Source of the DNA: Rebecca billardiae RCC1528 | Taxonomy: Eukaryota > Protista > Haptophyta | DNA length: 64,000 nt | Reading direction: 5' to 3' | Assembly: GCA_965240325.2 (NCBI GenBank) | Contig: OZ251227.1 | Coordinates: 1,798,001 to 1,862,000, forward strand | Notes under the pieces: generated by a model | The model's input: the letters and a program-made list of their open reading frames with translations, nothing else | Databases searched by the model: none | What the model was told of the DNA's origin: nothing | Shown here: positions 34,745-44,525 of the stretch, piece after piece | Layout of the letters: the number at the start of each line of letters is the position of its first letter | How positions within the stretch are numbered: position 1 is the first letter of the stretch | Translations under genes and position numbers: made by a program

Positions 34745-34844
34745 TTGCCCGTATCCACCTGTACGCCGTTACGCGCACGTGCCCGACGTTATTCATCAAT
34801 GCGTTCACGAATCACGTTCACGTTGTACAGGTGGATACGGGCAA
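34745..34844. repeat. Perfect 20-bp inverted repeat TTGCCCGTATCCACCTGTAC / GTACAGGTGGATACGGGCAA with 60-bp spacer
   Basis: Copies at 34745-34764 and 34825-34844, with the same core as the ends at 31438 and 32039. Confidence 0.92.
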
Positions 34845-35970
34845 GGGCGGTAAGGGCTGTCAACTCCCAGTGGCGCCGAGTGGCGGAGGTTGGTTGCCCC
34901 TCAACTCGTGCGGCCTCGCGGCGCAGCGGCTAAGTCTCCTGGGGCGCCGCCCAGGAGGGCGCGTGGGGTGCGCACGCCGCGTGCTCCTGCGGCCGCGGCA
35001 GCGGCCGCGGACACGGCGCGCGTGGTTGGTCGCATGCTAGACAGTATGTAGTACCCTCCCACGCCGCGCGCCGTGCTCGCCGGTGCCCTCGCCGTGCCTC
35101 AGGCCAGCCGCGCACGCGCGCCGCACCAATGGCCAGCCGTGGCCACGCGCCAGCCGCCGGCGCGCGCGCGGTGCGCGGTGCGGTCGGCGCGGGTCGGGCG
35201 CGCGCCCGGGGCGAGGCTTGTGTATGATGGGCGCGCGTCATGCCGCCTCGCGCCGCCGCGCTGGAGCCCGCATGGGTCGGCGCGCACGCGTTCTCATGCT
35301 GTCGAGTGTGCATTGCCATGTTTGAAAATGCTCATGTTGAGACGATCATGGGAAGGCAGCGACGCGTGATAGACAAGCGCAGACCACTGATATGAGCACG
35401 ACTAGCATCATACTATGGCACGCGAGCCCCCAAGTGCTCGCGTTCCTCGCACTGATGCGCTCACAGCCGCTTGTCCAAGCTCATTTCTGATGGCCGAGGA
35501 ATGCTCGACGAGCACCCTTCAGCAGCCGCGTGGAACGTGATCAAGCTCGTGTGCGGCGGCGCGAGGCGGCATGACGCGCGCCCATCATACACAAGCCTCG
35601 CCCCGGGCGCGCGCCCGACCCGCGCCGACCGCACCGCGCACCGCGCGCGCGCCGGCGGCTGGCGCGTGGCCACGGCTGGCCATTGGTGCGGCGCGCGTGC
35701 GCGGCTGGCCTGAGGCACGGCGAGGGCACCGGCGAGCACGGCGCGCGGCGTGGGAGGGTACTACATACTGTCTAGCATGCGACCAACCACGCGCGCCGTG
35801 TCCGCGGCCGCTGCCGCGGCCGCAGGAGCACGCGGCGTGCGCACCCCACGCGCCCTCCTGGGCGGCGCCCCAGGAGACTTAGCCGCTGCGCCGCGAGGCC
35901 GCACGAGTTGAGGGGCAACCAACCTCCGCCACTCGGCGCCACTGGGAGTTGACAGCCCTTACCGCCCTTG
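34842..35970. repeat. Long inverted repeat IR2: arms 34842-35259 and 35553-35970 (418 bp), 293 bp spacer
   Basis: The arms appear to be exact reverse complements. Identical mirrored ORF translations appear in the track. Confidence 0.95.
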
Positions 35971-36125
35971 GTGAAGTCGTGCCTTTGTTCTCGTGGGTTT
36001 CCAGAATATATATAATAATAGTGCTCGGCGGTGACCTCCGCCGCCGGCGATCCCGCCGGAATCCCAGTAGTGGGGACGACGTACGACGATAGGGCTCCTG
36101 AATTTTCGTCGTGCGCGGTGGTGGG

Positions 36126-37109
36126 ATGATCTCTCGACGCACGGCTCGAGCGTGCACCCGAATCCTTCCCGTGACGGCTCGTTGGCTCTCAGCCGACGCG
36201 GTGCGTGGAGCAGCCCCCTGCCGCTGGGCACGCACGCCGACGGATGACGGCACGCCCATCGCTGAGCACGTGAGCAAAGTCATCGATGAGTATGACCCAC
36301 CGCACGCGCGCAAATACTACCAGCACGTCCTTGGTGGGGGCGGGCATGGGATTCGCTACGGCATCTTTCGTTCTGCGGCAGACACCGCTCACCAGACCTC
36401 TCTGGAGACCAGCTCCAGGCTCATCACCAGCCTCGACTGGATCCGTCCGGTGACGCCAGGCTCGATGGTGCTCGACCTGGGCTCGGGCCACGGGGGCATC
36501 AGTCACGAGCTGGCGCGGCGCTTCGGATGTTCTGTGCACGGACTCAACCTGTCGGAGAATCAGAACGAAGTGAACCTTGCTGAGGCTGCGCGCCTTGGCA
36601 TTGCGGACAAGGTCCACGTGGTTTGCCACGATTTCAACAACCCGCTCCCTCCAGACTACGACGGGACGTTCACACACATCATCTCGTGCGACGCCATGTT
36701 CCATGCCTACTCCAAGCAGCGCCTCGTGGCCGAGCTCTATCGCGTGCTTGCTCCCGGAGGTGCCATCGCGTTCACCGACATGTGCCGCTCTGAAACTGCT
36801 TCCAGTGATGTGCTCGAGGTGTACACGGCGAAAACCCCGGCAGGCAAGATGACCTCTGTGTCGGAGTACACGTCCATCATGCAAAGCGCTGGCTTTCGCC
36901 ATCCTTCCTTCGTGGACTTCTCCGCGCACCTTGTGCCGTGCTTTCAGCAGATGCTCGACGCGACGCGCTCGAAGCGAGAGCTCCTTCTCGCCGAGGGTTG
37001 CCCCGCAGACTACCTTGACAAGTGGGAGTGGTCACTCGACAAGCGCATCCGTGACCAGCTCGACCATGAGATGTTGGTGTGGGGCATCTTCTCTGCCCGC
37101 AAGTTCTGA
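36126..37109 (+). CDS. Class I SAM methyltransferase, sarcosine/dimethylglycine-MT / DsyG-DSYE-like, intron-less
   Basis: VLDLGSGHGG, YRVLAPGG.IAFTD, N-terminal EYD..HARKYY..VLGGGG.GIRYGIF and C-terminal WGIFSARK. Arg-rich presequence. Confidence 0.85.
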   Translation: MISRRTARACTRILPVTARWLSADAVRGAAPCRWARTPTDDGTPIAEHVSKVIDEYDPPHARKYYQHVLGGGGHGIRYGIFRSAADTAHQTSLETSSRLITSLDWIRPVTPGSMVLDLGSGHGGISHELARRFGCSVHGLNLSENQNEVNLAEAARLGIADKVHVVCHDFNNPLPPDYDGTFTHIISCDAMFHAYSKQRLVAELYRVLAPGGAIAFTDMCRSETASSDVLEVYTAKTPAGKMTSVSEYTSIMQSAGFRHPSFVDFSAHLVPCFQQMLDATRSKRELLLAEGCPADYLDKWEWSLDKRIRDQLDHEMLVWGIFSARKF

Positions 37110-39630
37110 TGAGGTTGGGTCGCTGCCACTCCTGGCTGACATACCGCCATCTGATGAATCCGAAATTGGTCACACCGTCCAAGCGGGAGTCCCTGAGCCG
37201 CTTAGCTGCTGCGCCGCCGGCCGCCATCCCGGGCCCCGACGGGCCAGTGACTTAGACTTAGTCCAATTTCGTAGCCGGCAAGTGAGCCGGACGGCCCGGG
37301 TGGCCCGCGGCGGCGCCGCTGGCCCGCCCCGGCCGGCTGCCAGGCGGCCAGGCGGCTGGATTCCCCCGCGGCCCCCGGCCGCTCGGCCAAGCGTGCGTTG
37401 TGGCGCGTACGTGCGACGGAGAGCGCTGGTGCGGGCTGGCAGCGGCGCGCTGGCACGCCACGTGCCTGTAGTCCGTAGTCGTGCTACGCCGTTCCGTGCT
37501 CAATGAGCTCAATCCTGCAACCGCGACGGCAGGCCGCGGTGGCGCGGCGTCCGCGCCGCTCCCGGCCCGGTTGCGGGCTTGGTCAGCCCAATGGTTGGCC
37601 GCGCCGACACGAGTCACGCGCGGTGTGCTCGGCGCGATGGCCCCCGCTTAGGCGGATATGGCATGAGATGGCGGATGGGTGATGATGAAGAGACTAACTA
37701 CTGCTATGGAGGCCAGTCATTGCGCCGCAGGCGCGCTCTGCAGAGCAGTCTGTCTGGGACCACTTCCTGCACTGCGACGGCCTCGGCCCGGGCCCGTGGC
37801 GCGCGCCTGCCGAAGCGCACCCAATCGGGGCCTGCTCAATCAATCGGGGTGCGAGCACAGCCCGCGAGCCCCCTCCCCCCCCCCCTCCCCGGCCCCCTGC
37901 TGCCCATCAGCCCTTCGAGCACGGGGTGCAGTGCCTCCCGCCCCCACATAAGGACATGGCCATGGGGGGGGGGGGGGTATACTGACAGTTATCGGGACGG
38001 TCGGTAACCCTGCCAAGCTGTGTCCTTCCAAAGGACCTTTGGTCCTTCGGCTTCAGTGGGGCCTGAACGGATATCCCCCTGCAACAGATACGGGACTCAG
38101 TCGGCTATGCCATAGGACAAGATCACCAGAGCGCCAGCGCCTCAGTTCTGCGCGTACGATCATCGGTGTGGCTATATCGTACACACAACTCAACCGGCTA
38201 TTGATTGACACACACCGTCTCCGCCTGCCGCCACTGCTACAGCGATCGGGCGCGCGCGCGCGTACGCGCGCGCGCGCGCGCTCGGTTGTGGCGGACAACC
38301 GACGTCCAGGGACGGCCCCACAACCAGCACATGACAGCGTCAGTTGCTCGCCCCTGGCAGCCGAGCGGCGACCCTGGGCACGGACAGCGCAGGCGAGTGC
38401 TCGCGCCGGATGCCCGCGCCGCCGCCCGCACCGCCGCCCACGCCGCCACGGGCGCGTTGCTGCCCGTAGCACACCGATTCTGGGGCGGGGCGAAGAGAGG
38501 GCAACCGCCATCGTGCTGGGTAGGACGGAAACGAGCCTCCCGGACTCCCCCCGCCGCTGGGAGGCCGTGTTTCGATCCGCTGCGGTGCTGAGGTTGGAAG
38601 CGCCCGGCGTCTCGAAGGCGCCCACCTCGCGACCCTCCCCAACCGACCCCCGCCGCCCGCGGGCGGGCTGCTGGGCGCACGAGCGCGAGCTGGCCGCCGG
38701 CGTGAAGCCGAGGTGGAGCCAACTCGCCCTTCAGCTCGCAGGACGCCCGGCTCCTGAAGCCGACCGCCCGGTGTGCGCGCATCCGCCTGCCTGCTTTGGC
38801 GCGGAGGCAAAACCGTACGGCCCATCGGCCGCCGCCGCCACGCGGCAGCCAGTCGGGGTGTCGTGTCGCGATTTGCGGGTGCGCGCCTCGCGGGGCAGGT
38901 GGCACTGTCCCGCCCGGTCGCTTCCGATCAACGAAATTCCCTCGCAAGCGCCCGCGAACGCTGATCCTCGCCGCGGGCTCGCCGGGGCCCGCATGTGCGC
39001 ACCCGGGTGCCCCAGTCGAGCCAGTCTGGTGCGAGCATCGAACGACGGTACGGGCCGGGCGGCGTGGTGCGCGACGTCACCGAGACTGCGGGCCAGCTAG
39101 GCACCGCTTGCGCGCCCACCAGCAGCCTGTGGGCCGACCACGCGTTCAACCGTGCACCCGATGGCAGTCACGGTGCTCTTCGGCTGGAGCGCGCCGTGCG
39201 CTCAGACGCGAGCGGCCGCCAAGTTGCCGGGTAGACGCGGTGCGCACGCTCTAGCAGCTGCGGATCAGCATCGCGCGAAGCTCTGCTGCCCCCACCTGAA
39301 TGCTCGCAGCACCCACCACACGGCCAGCCGGCCGCGCGCGGCGCGCGGCCACCTCACCGGGTCTGCCGCGCACCCACCACACCGCCAAGTTGTCGGGGGG
39401 GGGGGTGTCCGGGGCTTAGGTCCGGGTCTGCAGACTGTGTTGCTGTTGTCGCTGATAGTCCGTGAGTCCGTGACCAAGGTTGGCGCAGGACTCTTCCTTT
39501 CCCCGTTGACCCCGCATGACCACCGGATCCACGTTCGGCTCGGTGCGCCAAGATGCACCAGCCACGCGCGAATGGCCTGGTGCGATGCGCGGCGCGGCCA
39601 GGAGTGGGTATCCGCCACCCGGGGCTTGGG

Positions 39631-41973
39631 ATGGCGCTGCTTGCCTTGACAACGTTGCCCCCACGCAGCACACCTACGGCGTCGCTCCCCCACTGGCACC
39701 GCGCCGTGCTCAGCCCGACGTCCAGCGTGCCGCGCGCGCGCTGCGCCGTAGCAATGGCGTACTCGGCGCCACTTCGGCGCGGAGTACGCCGACCGGCACG
39801 CGCCGTACGCGGGGCAGGGCGCTGCGCAGCTGCGATGCACGCCGATCGCGGCTCCGAGACGGGCGGCAAGGCCGCGTGCACGCTCACGCTGGTGCGGCAC
39901 GGGCAGTCCGAGTGGAATCTCGCCAACCGCTTCACGGGCTGGGCCGACGTCGACCTGACCGAGCGAGGCATCGCCGAGGCGCGGCTGGCCGGCCGGCTTC
40001 TCTCCGAGGACGGGCAGCAGCACGACATGGTCTGCACGTCCACGCTGCGCCGCGCGATCCGCACGGCGTGCCTCACGCTCTCCGTGACGGACCAGTGCTG
40101 GCTTCCCATCGTGAAGGACGCGCGGCTCAACGAGCAGCACTCGGGCCAGCTCATGGGCAAGAACAAGGCCGAGCTGGCCGAGGTGCACGGAGTGGAGCAG
40201 GTGATGCGCTGGCGGCGCACGTTTGACTGCGCGCCGCCGCCGATCGCCGAGGTGGACCCGCTGCAGTACGCGATCCTGGAGGACGAGCGGTACCGAGATG
40301 TCTGCGCCGAGCGCGTCGTGCGCGTGCCGCCCACCGAGAGCCTCCGCGACACGTGCGCGCGCGTGGCGTCGTTCTGGGACGAGACGCTCGCGCCTGCGCT
40401 GCGCGCGGGCAAGCGCGTGCTGCTCGTGAGCCACGGCAACACGCTGCGCGCGCTGGTGAAGCTGCTCGACGGCGTGTCGGACGGCGAGACGTACCACCTC
40501 GACCTGCCCACCGCGTGCCCCGTCGTGTACGAGCTGGACGCCGAGCTGCGCCCGCTGGGCGCGCACGGCACCTGGGGGACGTCCAGCACGGTGCGGCACG
40601 GCCGCTACCTGATGCCGGAGGCGAGCGTGCTGCAGGCGCAGGCGGCGATGCGCTCGCAGTGCACGCGCGACATCGCGATCACGACGGTGTCGCGCACGGG
40701 CGCGAGCGCCGTCACCACGTGCGACGCGCGCACCGCCGAGGCCGCCTCGAGCTCCAAGGTCACGCTCGACGACGGCCACTCGTACAACGTGCGCTGCACG
40801 CCCCCGTCCTACTTTGCGCTCGAGTCGGCGCGCATCCAGCAGCAGGCGCGGGACGAGCTGCTCGGCTTCCGGCTGGGCGCGGCGGCGAGCGCGGCGCCCG
40901 GCGCGGCCGCGCCGCGCCAGCCGCCCAGCTGCCTGCTGCTCCTCATGCGCCACGGCTTCTCCGACTACAACGCGCAGAACCGCTTCACCGGCTGGCTCGA
41001 CGTCGACCTCTCGAACCGAGGGCGCGAGGAGGCGCGCGTCGCCGGCTCAATGCTGCGCGAGGCGGGCGTGCGCCGGATCGAGCGCGTGTACTCGTCCTAC
41101 CTCAAGCGCGCGATCAAGTCGGCGTGGCTGATGCTCGACGAGATGGAGATGCAGTGGGTGCCGATCAGCTACAGCTGGCGCCTCAACGAGCGGCACTACG
41201 GCGCGCTGCAGGGGCGCAACAAGCGCGAGTGCTCCGACGAGTTCTCGGTGCGCCAGGTGCAGCAGTGGCGGCGCGGCGTGAACGACCGGCCGCCCGCGTG
41301 CGACGGCAGCGGCGACTGCGCCGTGTCCGACCGGCGGTACGATGGCGTGCGCGTGCCCGAGGCCGAGTCGCTCGCCGACTGCGCCGAGCGCGTGCGGCCC
41401 TTCGTCGAGGACGAGCTGCGCCCGGCGATGCTCGCCGCCGTCGAGCGCGCAGCTGCGGCCGGCGGCGGCACCGTGCGCTCCGACCAGACGCCCGTGTTCG
41501 TGATCGCCTCGTCCGAGAACCTCATCCGCGCGCTCATAGCCGACATGGAGCGGCTCGACCCGTCCAAGGTGCCGCTGCTCGACATCCCGTACGCCACGCC
41601 GCTCGTCTTCGAGCTCGACGCGCAGCTCGAGCCGCTCCCCAACGACGCGCTCGCCGCCGCGCCGCTCCGTCACGGCTGGTACCTCGGAGACGCGGAGCGC
41701 ATCAAGGAGGTGCAGGCGAACATCCGAGAGCAGGTCGTGCGCGCGCGGCCGCAGCGCACCGCCGGCGAGGCCGCCGAGCCGTACGACGGCGACTCGTGCT
41801 ACGCGCCCGCCGGCGAGGACGGCCAGTTGGAGTGGGTGTGCGGCGACGAGCGCCCGGGCGACGATGCGGACGCGGACGCGGCGGCGGCGGCGGCGGCGGC
41901 GGCGGGGCGCTCGCTCGAGGACGACGACTCGCCCAGGCGCAGGCGAGCAGGGCGGGGCGAGTATGCGGACTGA
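39631..41973 (+). CDS. Tandem two-domain 2,3-BPG-dependent phosphoglycerate mutase-like protein
   Basis: Domain 1: LVRHGQSEWNLANRFTGWADVDL...SHGNTLRAL. Domain 2: LMRHGFSDYNAQNRFTGWLDVDL...WRLNERHYGALQG. The start codon is uncertain. Confidence 0.88.
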   Translation: MALLALTTLPPRSTPTASLPHWHRAVLSPTSSVPRARCAVAMAYSAPLRRGVRRPARAVRGAGRCAAAMHADRGSETGGKAACTLTLVRHGQSEWNLANRFTGWADVDLTERGIAEARLAGRLLSEDGQQHDMVCTSTLRRAIRTACLTLSVTDQCWLPIVKDARLNEQHSGQLMGKNKAELAEVHGVEQVMRWRRTFDCAPPPIAEVDPLQYAILEDERYRDVCAERVVRVPPTESLRDTCARVASFWDETLAPALRAGKRVLLVSHGNTLRALVKLLDGVSDGETYHLDLPTACPVVYELDAELRPLGAHGTWGTSSTVRHGRYLMPEASVLQAQAAMRSQCTRDIAITTVSRTGASAVTTCDARTAEAASSSKVTLDDGHSYNVRCTPPSYFALESARIQQQARDELLGFRLGAAASAAPGAAAPRQPPSCLLLLMRHGFSDYNAQNRFTGWLDVDLSNRGREEARVAGSMLREAGVRRIERVYSSYLKRAIKSAWLMLDEMEMQWVPISYSWRLNERHYGALQGRNKRECSDEFSVRQVQQWRRGVNDRPPACDGSGDCAVSDRRYDGVRVPEAESLADCAERVRPFVEDELRPAMLAAVERAAAAGGGTVRSDQTPVFVIASSENLIRALIADMERLDPSKVPLLDIPYATPLVFELDAQLEPLPNDALAAAPLRHGWYLGDAERIKEVQANIREQVVRARPQRTAGEAAEPYDGDSCYAPAGEDGQLEWVCGDERPGDDADADAAAAAAAAAGRSLEDDDSPRRRRAGRGEYAD

Positions 41974-43221
41974 CTGACTGTCATAGCTAACTTAGGTACG
42001 ACATACGACTATAGCGCGCTAGCAGCGCGCGCGCTATATATGGCGCCGGCGCTATCTATGTATTGGCCCGCGGTGCAGGGCGGAGCGCGCAGCGTGGAGC
42101 CCGCACCAGCGGGCCCGAACAACGTTTCAAAAAGATCTTTGATCAAGAAAAAAGGGACGGGGGACGATTTTCATGGCTGGAGGAGACCGAGTTTCGAATT
42201 TTGAGACCCTCTCTAACCGATGCATCACGGCCGAAAAAGGTCGCGCCCACGGCAAGTTCATAGTAAAGCGTGGAGTGACGCCCGTCCAAAAAACTTCACG
42301 CCCTTTAGGATCCCTAACGTAACGAACCGTTACAAGCGATTTTTCCGGCCAATGAGATTGCAGCAAGGTCCAAGGAGCGATGACGTATCTAGATACAGAT
42401 TGCCGCGAACCGATGTGACCATGTACGTCCCTTGAATCAGTTGAATCAACTATTCAATCGCGCCGTGTCTGTATCAGGAGCCGACGAGGCAAGGGTCAGT
42501 AGCCGATGGGCCAACCTCGGCGAATCTCAATACTATCTGACGCGAACGGACTTGGTTGGGCGCGCGCGTGGCCCCGGGCGGCGGCCCACCAGAGGTGGCC
42601 CGCGTTTGGAGGCGAGCCACGGGCACGAGGCTGAGCGACCGACGGGTGAGGACGGCGATGGGCAGGTGCGCGCGGCGAATGGCGCCTGGAGCGCGCGGCT
42701 GCGGCGGGTCCCGACTGCCGTCGACATCGCGTTCGTCGTGCCCCCGCTCACTCCGCGCGCCCCCGCCGCCCCTGCCGCCCTGTCGATGCCTCGGCGCGGC
42801 CTTGCGCGGCCCCGGCGCGTTCGCGAGCCGGCGCCGCAGCCGCCGCCCTGTGTTCGGGCTCTCGCAAGCTCGGGGGCAGCGGCGCCTGATGCCGGACTGA
42901 TCGATCTCTGAGCCTTCGACTTCACCACGCGCCGCCCTTGCCATGCCTTTCCGGGGTGTCCCAGAACTCTTCTTGATTGAGAGAGAGCAGGCGCGCCGAC
43001 GATCCGAGTCCATCGTCGGTCGACTCTGAGCGAGGGCTACGCCTCGGAACTGAACGGTACTCTACGAGGAGGACGAGCTGCGCGGGCGACGGTGGTGCGT
43101 GACGTCCCCAGAGCTGGCCGTGCCTCTGCAACGCGTGCCGAGCCTGATCGAGGTGTGTCAGCTGCCCGTGCACGCGCGGCGAGTGCGCGAACCGGATCAC
43201 CGGTGCCCTCGCACCTCGGCA

Positions 43222-43521
43222 CCGTGCTCCCTCGGGCTGTCAGCTCCGCGTGGCCTGGCGTGCACGTAGAGTTGCGCTCATGCGTCGATCACGCCTCGCG
43301 CCCGCCTGTCGGCCGTCGCGCAGGCGCTGGTCGAACCCTACTCGGACCCTACTCCTCCAGCCCTACTCCCGGGCGCTGCCGGCGCGGGGGGTGACCCCGG
43401 GGACAGCGGTCAGCAGCAGCGGCCCGAACGAATCCGCGGCCCCGCACCGTGCTCCCTGGCTGTCAGCTCCGCGTGGCCTGGTGTGCACGTGGAGTCGCGC
43501 TCATGCGTCGATCACGCCTCG
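43222..43521 (+). repeat. ~76-bp imperfect direct repeat (43222-43298 and 43447-43521)
   Basis: CCGTGCTCCCT..GGCTGTCAGCTCCGCGTGGCCTGG.GTGCACGT.GAGT.GCGCTCATGCGTCGATCACGCCTCG occurs twice. Confidence 0.88.
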
Positions 43522-43728
43522 TCGCATCCGCCTGTACACAATCGGCGCCGCGCCGGCGGCTGCAATGGGCCCGCCCGGCGCGGCGGGCGGCGGCGCGCCG
43601 CTGATGGAGTCTAGTTGTACGGGCATATGCAACTGGTCTGTCAATAGACGACTGCGACGGAGGGTGCACCGCCACCGCGGGCCCTGAACTACGTTCGTTC
43701 TACGGAAAAAGGACCGCGGAACGCGGTC

Positions 43729-43809
43729 ATATATATATATATATATATATATTATGAATCGGACGACTGCGGTCATTACTATTAGTAAATAAGGCGCGGG
43801 CCACAGCAT

Positions 43810-43887
<78 letters not shown>
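43729..43887. repeat. (TA)n and (TG)n microsatellites
   Basis: Directly visible. Confidence 0.95.
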
Positions 43888-44525
43888 CTCACTAGACAGT
43901 ACACTAGACAGTACGACGTGTCTGCTGCACTCTGAACCTGACACTTGATGCCCGTTGCATAACTACCAGTACCACGTCGTTATGATAACTAGCAGAGTGA
44001 GAGTCAGAGAGAGAGAGATCGAGTAAGAGAGACGAGAGGGAGAGTAGAGAGATGAGATTTATAATTACATCGGCATCCGGCGCGTATGGGCATATGATAT
44101 GTAGCGGCAATTGAGCTTCGTGACGTCCTTCGTGAGTCGGCCTCCCTCTCAGATGAGTATCGCGTCACATAATTAAATTAATATTAATTCTCGTCATTTT
44201 ATTTTTTATAATAATGGATGACGAGCTGCTCGTCGTAGCAGCCGGTCATGACCAGCAATAATATGAATATCGCGACTTAATGACAATGCGGGAATGCCAG
44301 CTGGCCGGCTGGCGGCAGGCTGCGGCTGGCGGCCAGCCGCTCGGCCGCTCCGGGCCTCCGGGCCGCTCGCGCCTCGCGGTGTGCTGTTGTGTACAACTCG
44401 CCATCCATCACTCGCGCCGATGATTGACGGCGCGGCCACGCACCGACACGACGATGTACGACGGCGCGACGACGCTCGCGCGCCCCGTGCCCATGCGTGC
44501 GCGTGCAATCGCGAGCGTCGTCGGC

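Noticed and set aside
37151-37172. CTGATGA..GAAA hammerhead-like core
   Set aside because: There is no pairable stem II or stem III. Other CTGATGA hits lack a downstream GAAA.
38039-39254. 353-aa and overlapping ORFs in the 37.1-39.5 kb gap
   Set aside because: No codon bias or domain motifs, so likely non-coding or repeat-derived.
39395-39490. G-run plus TGT...CA plus TGGCGCAG resembling PPT-LTR-PBS
   Set aside because: The putative LTR is only about 70 bp, with no second copy and no gag/pol remnants.
43523-43540. Degenerate copy of the island 16-mer (GCATCCGCCTGTAC)
   Set aside because: It has several mismatches and no matching context, so it may be a chance match.
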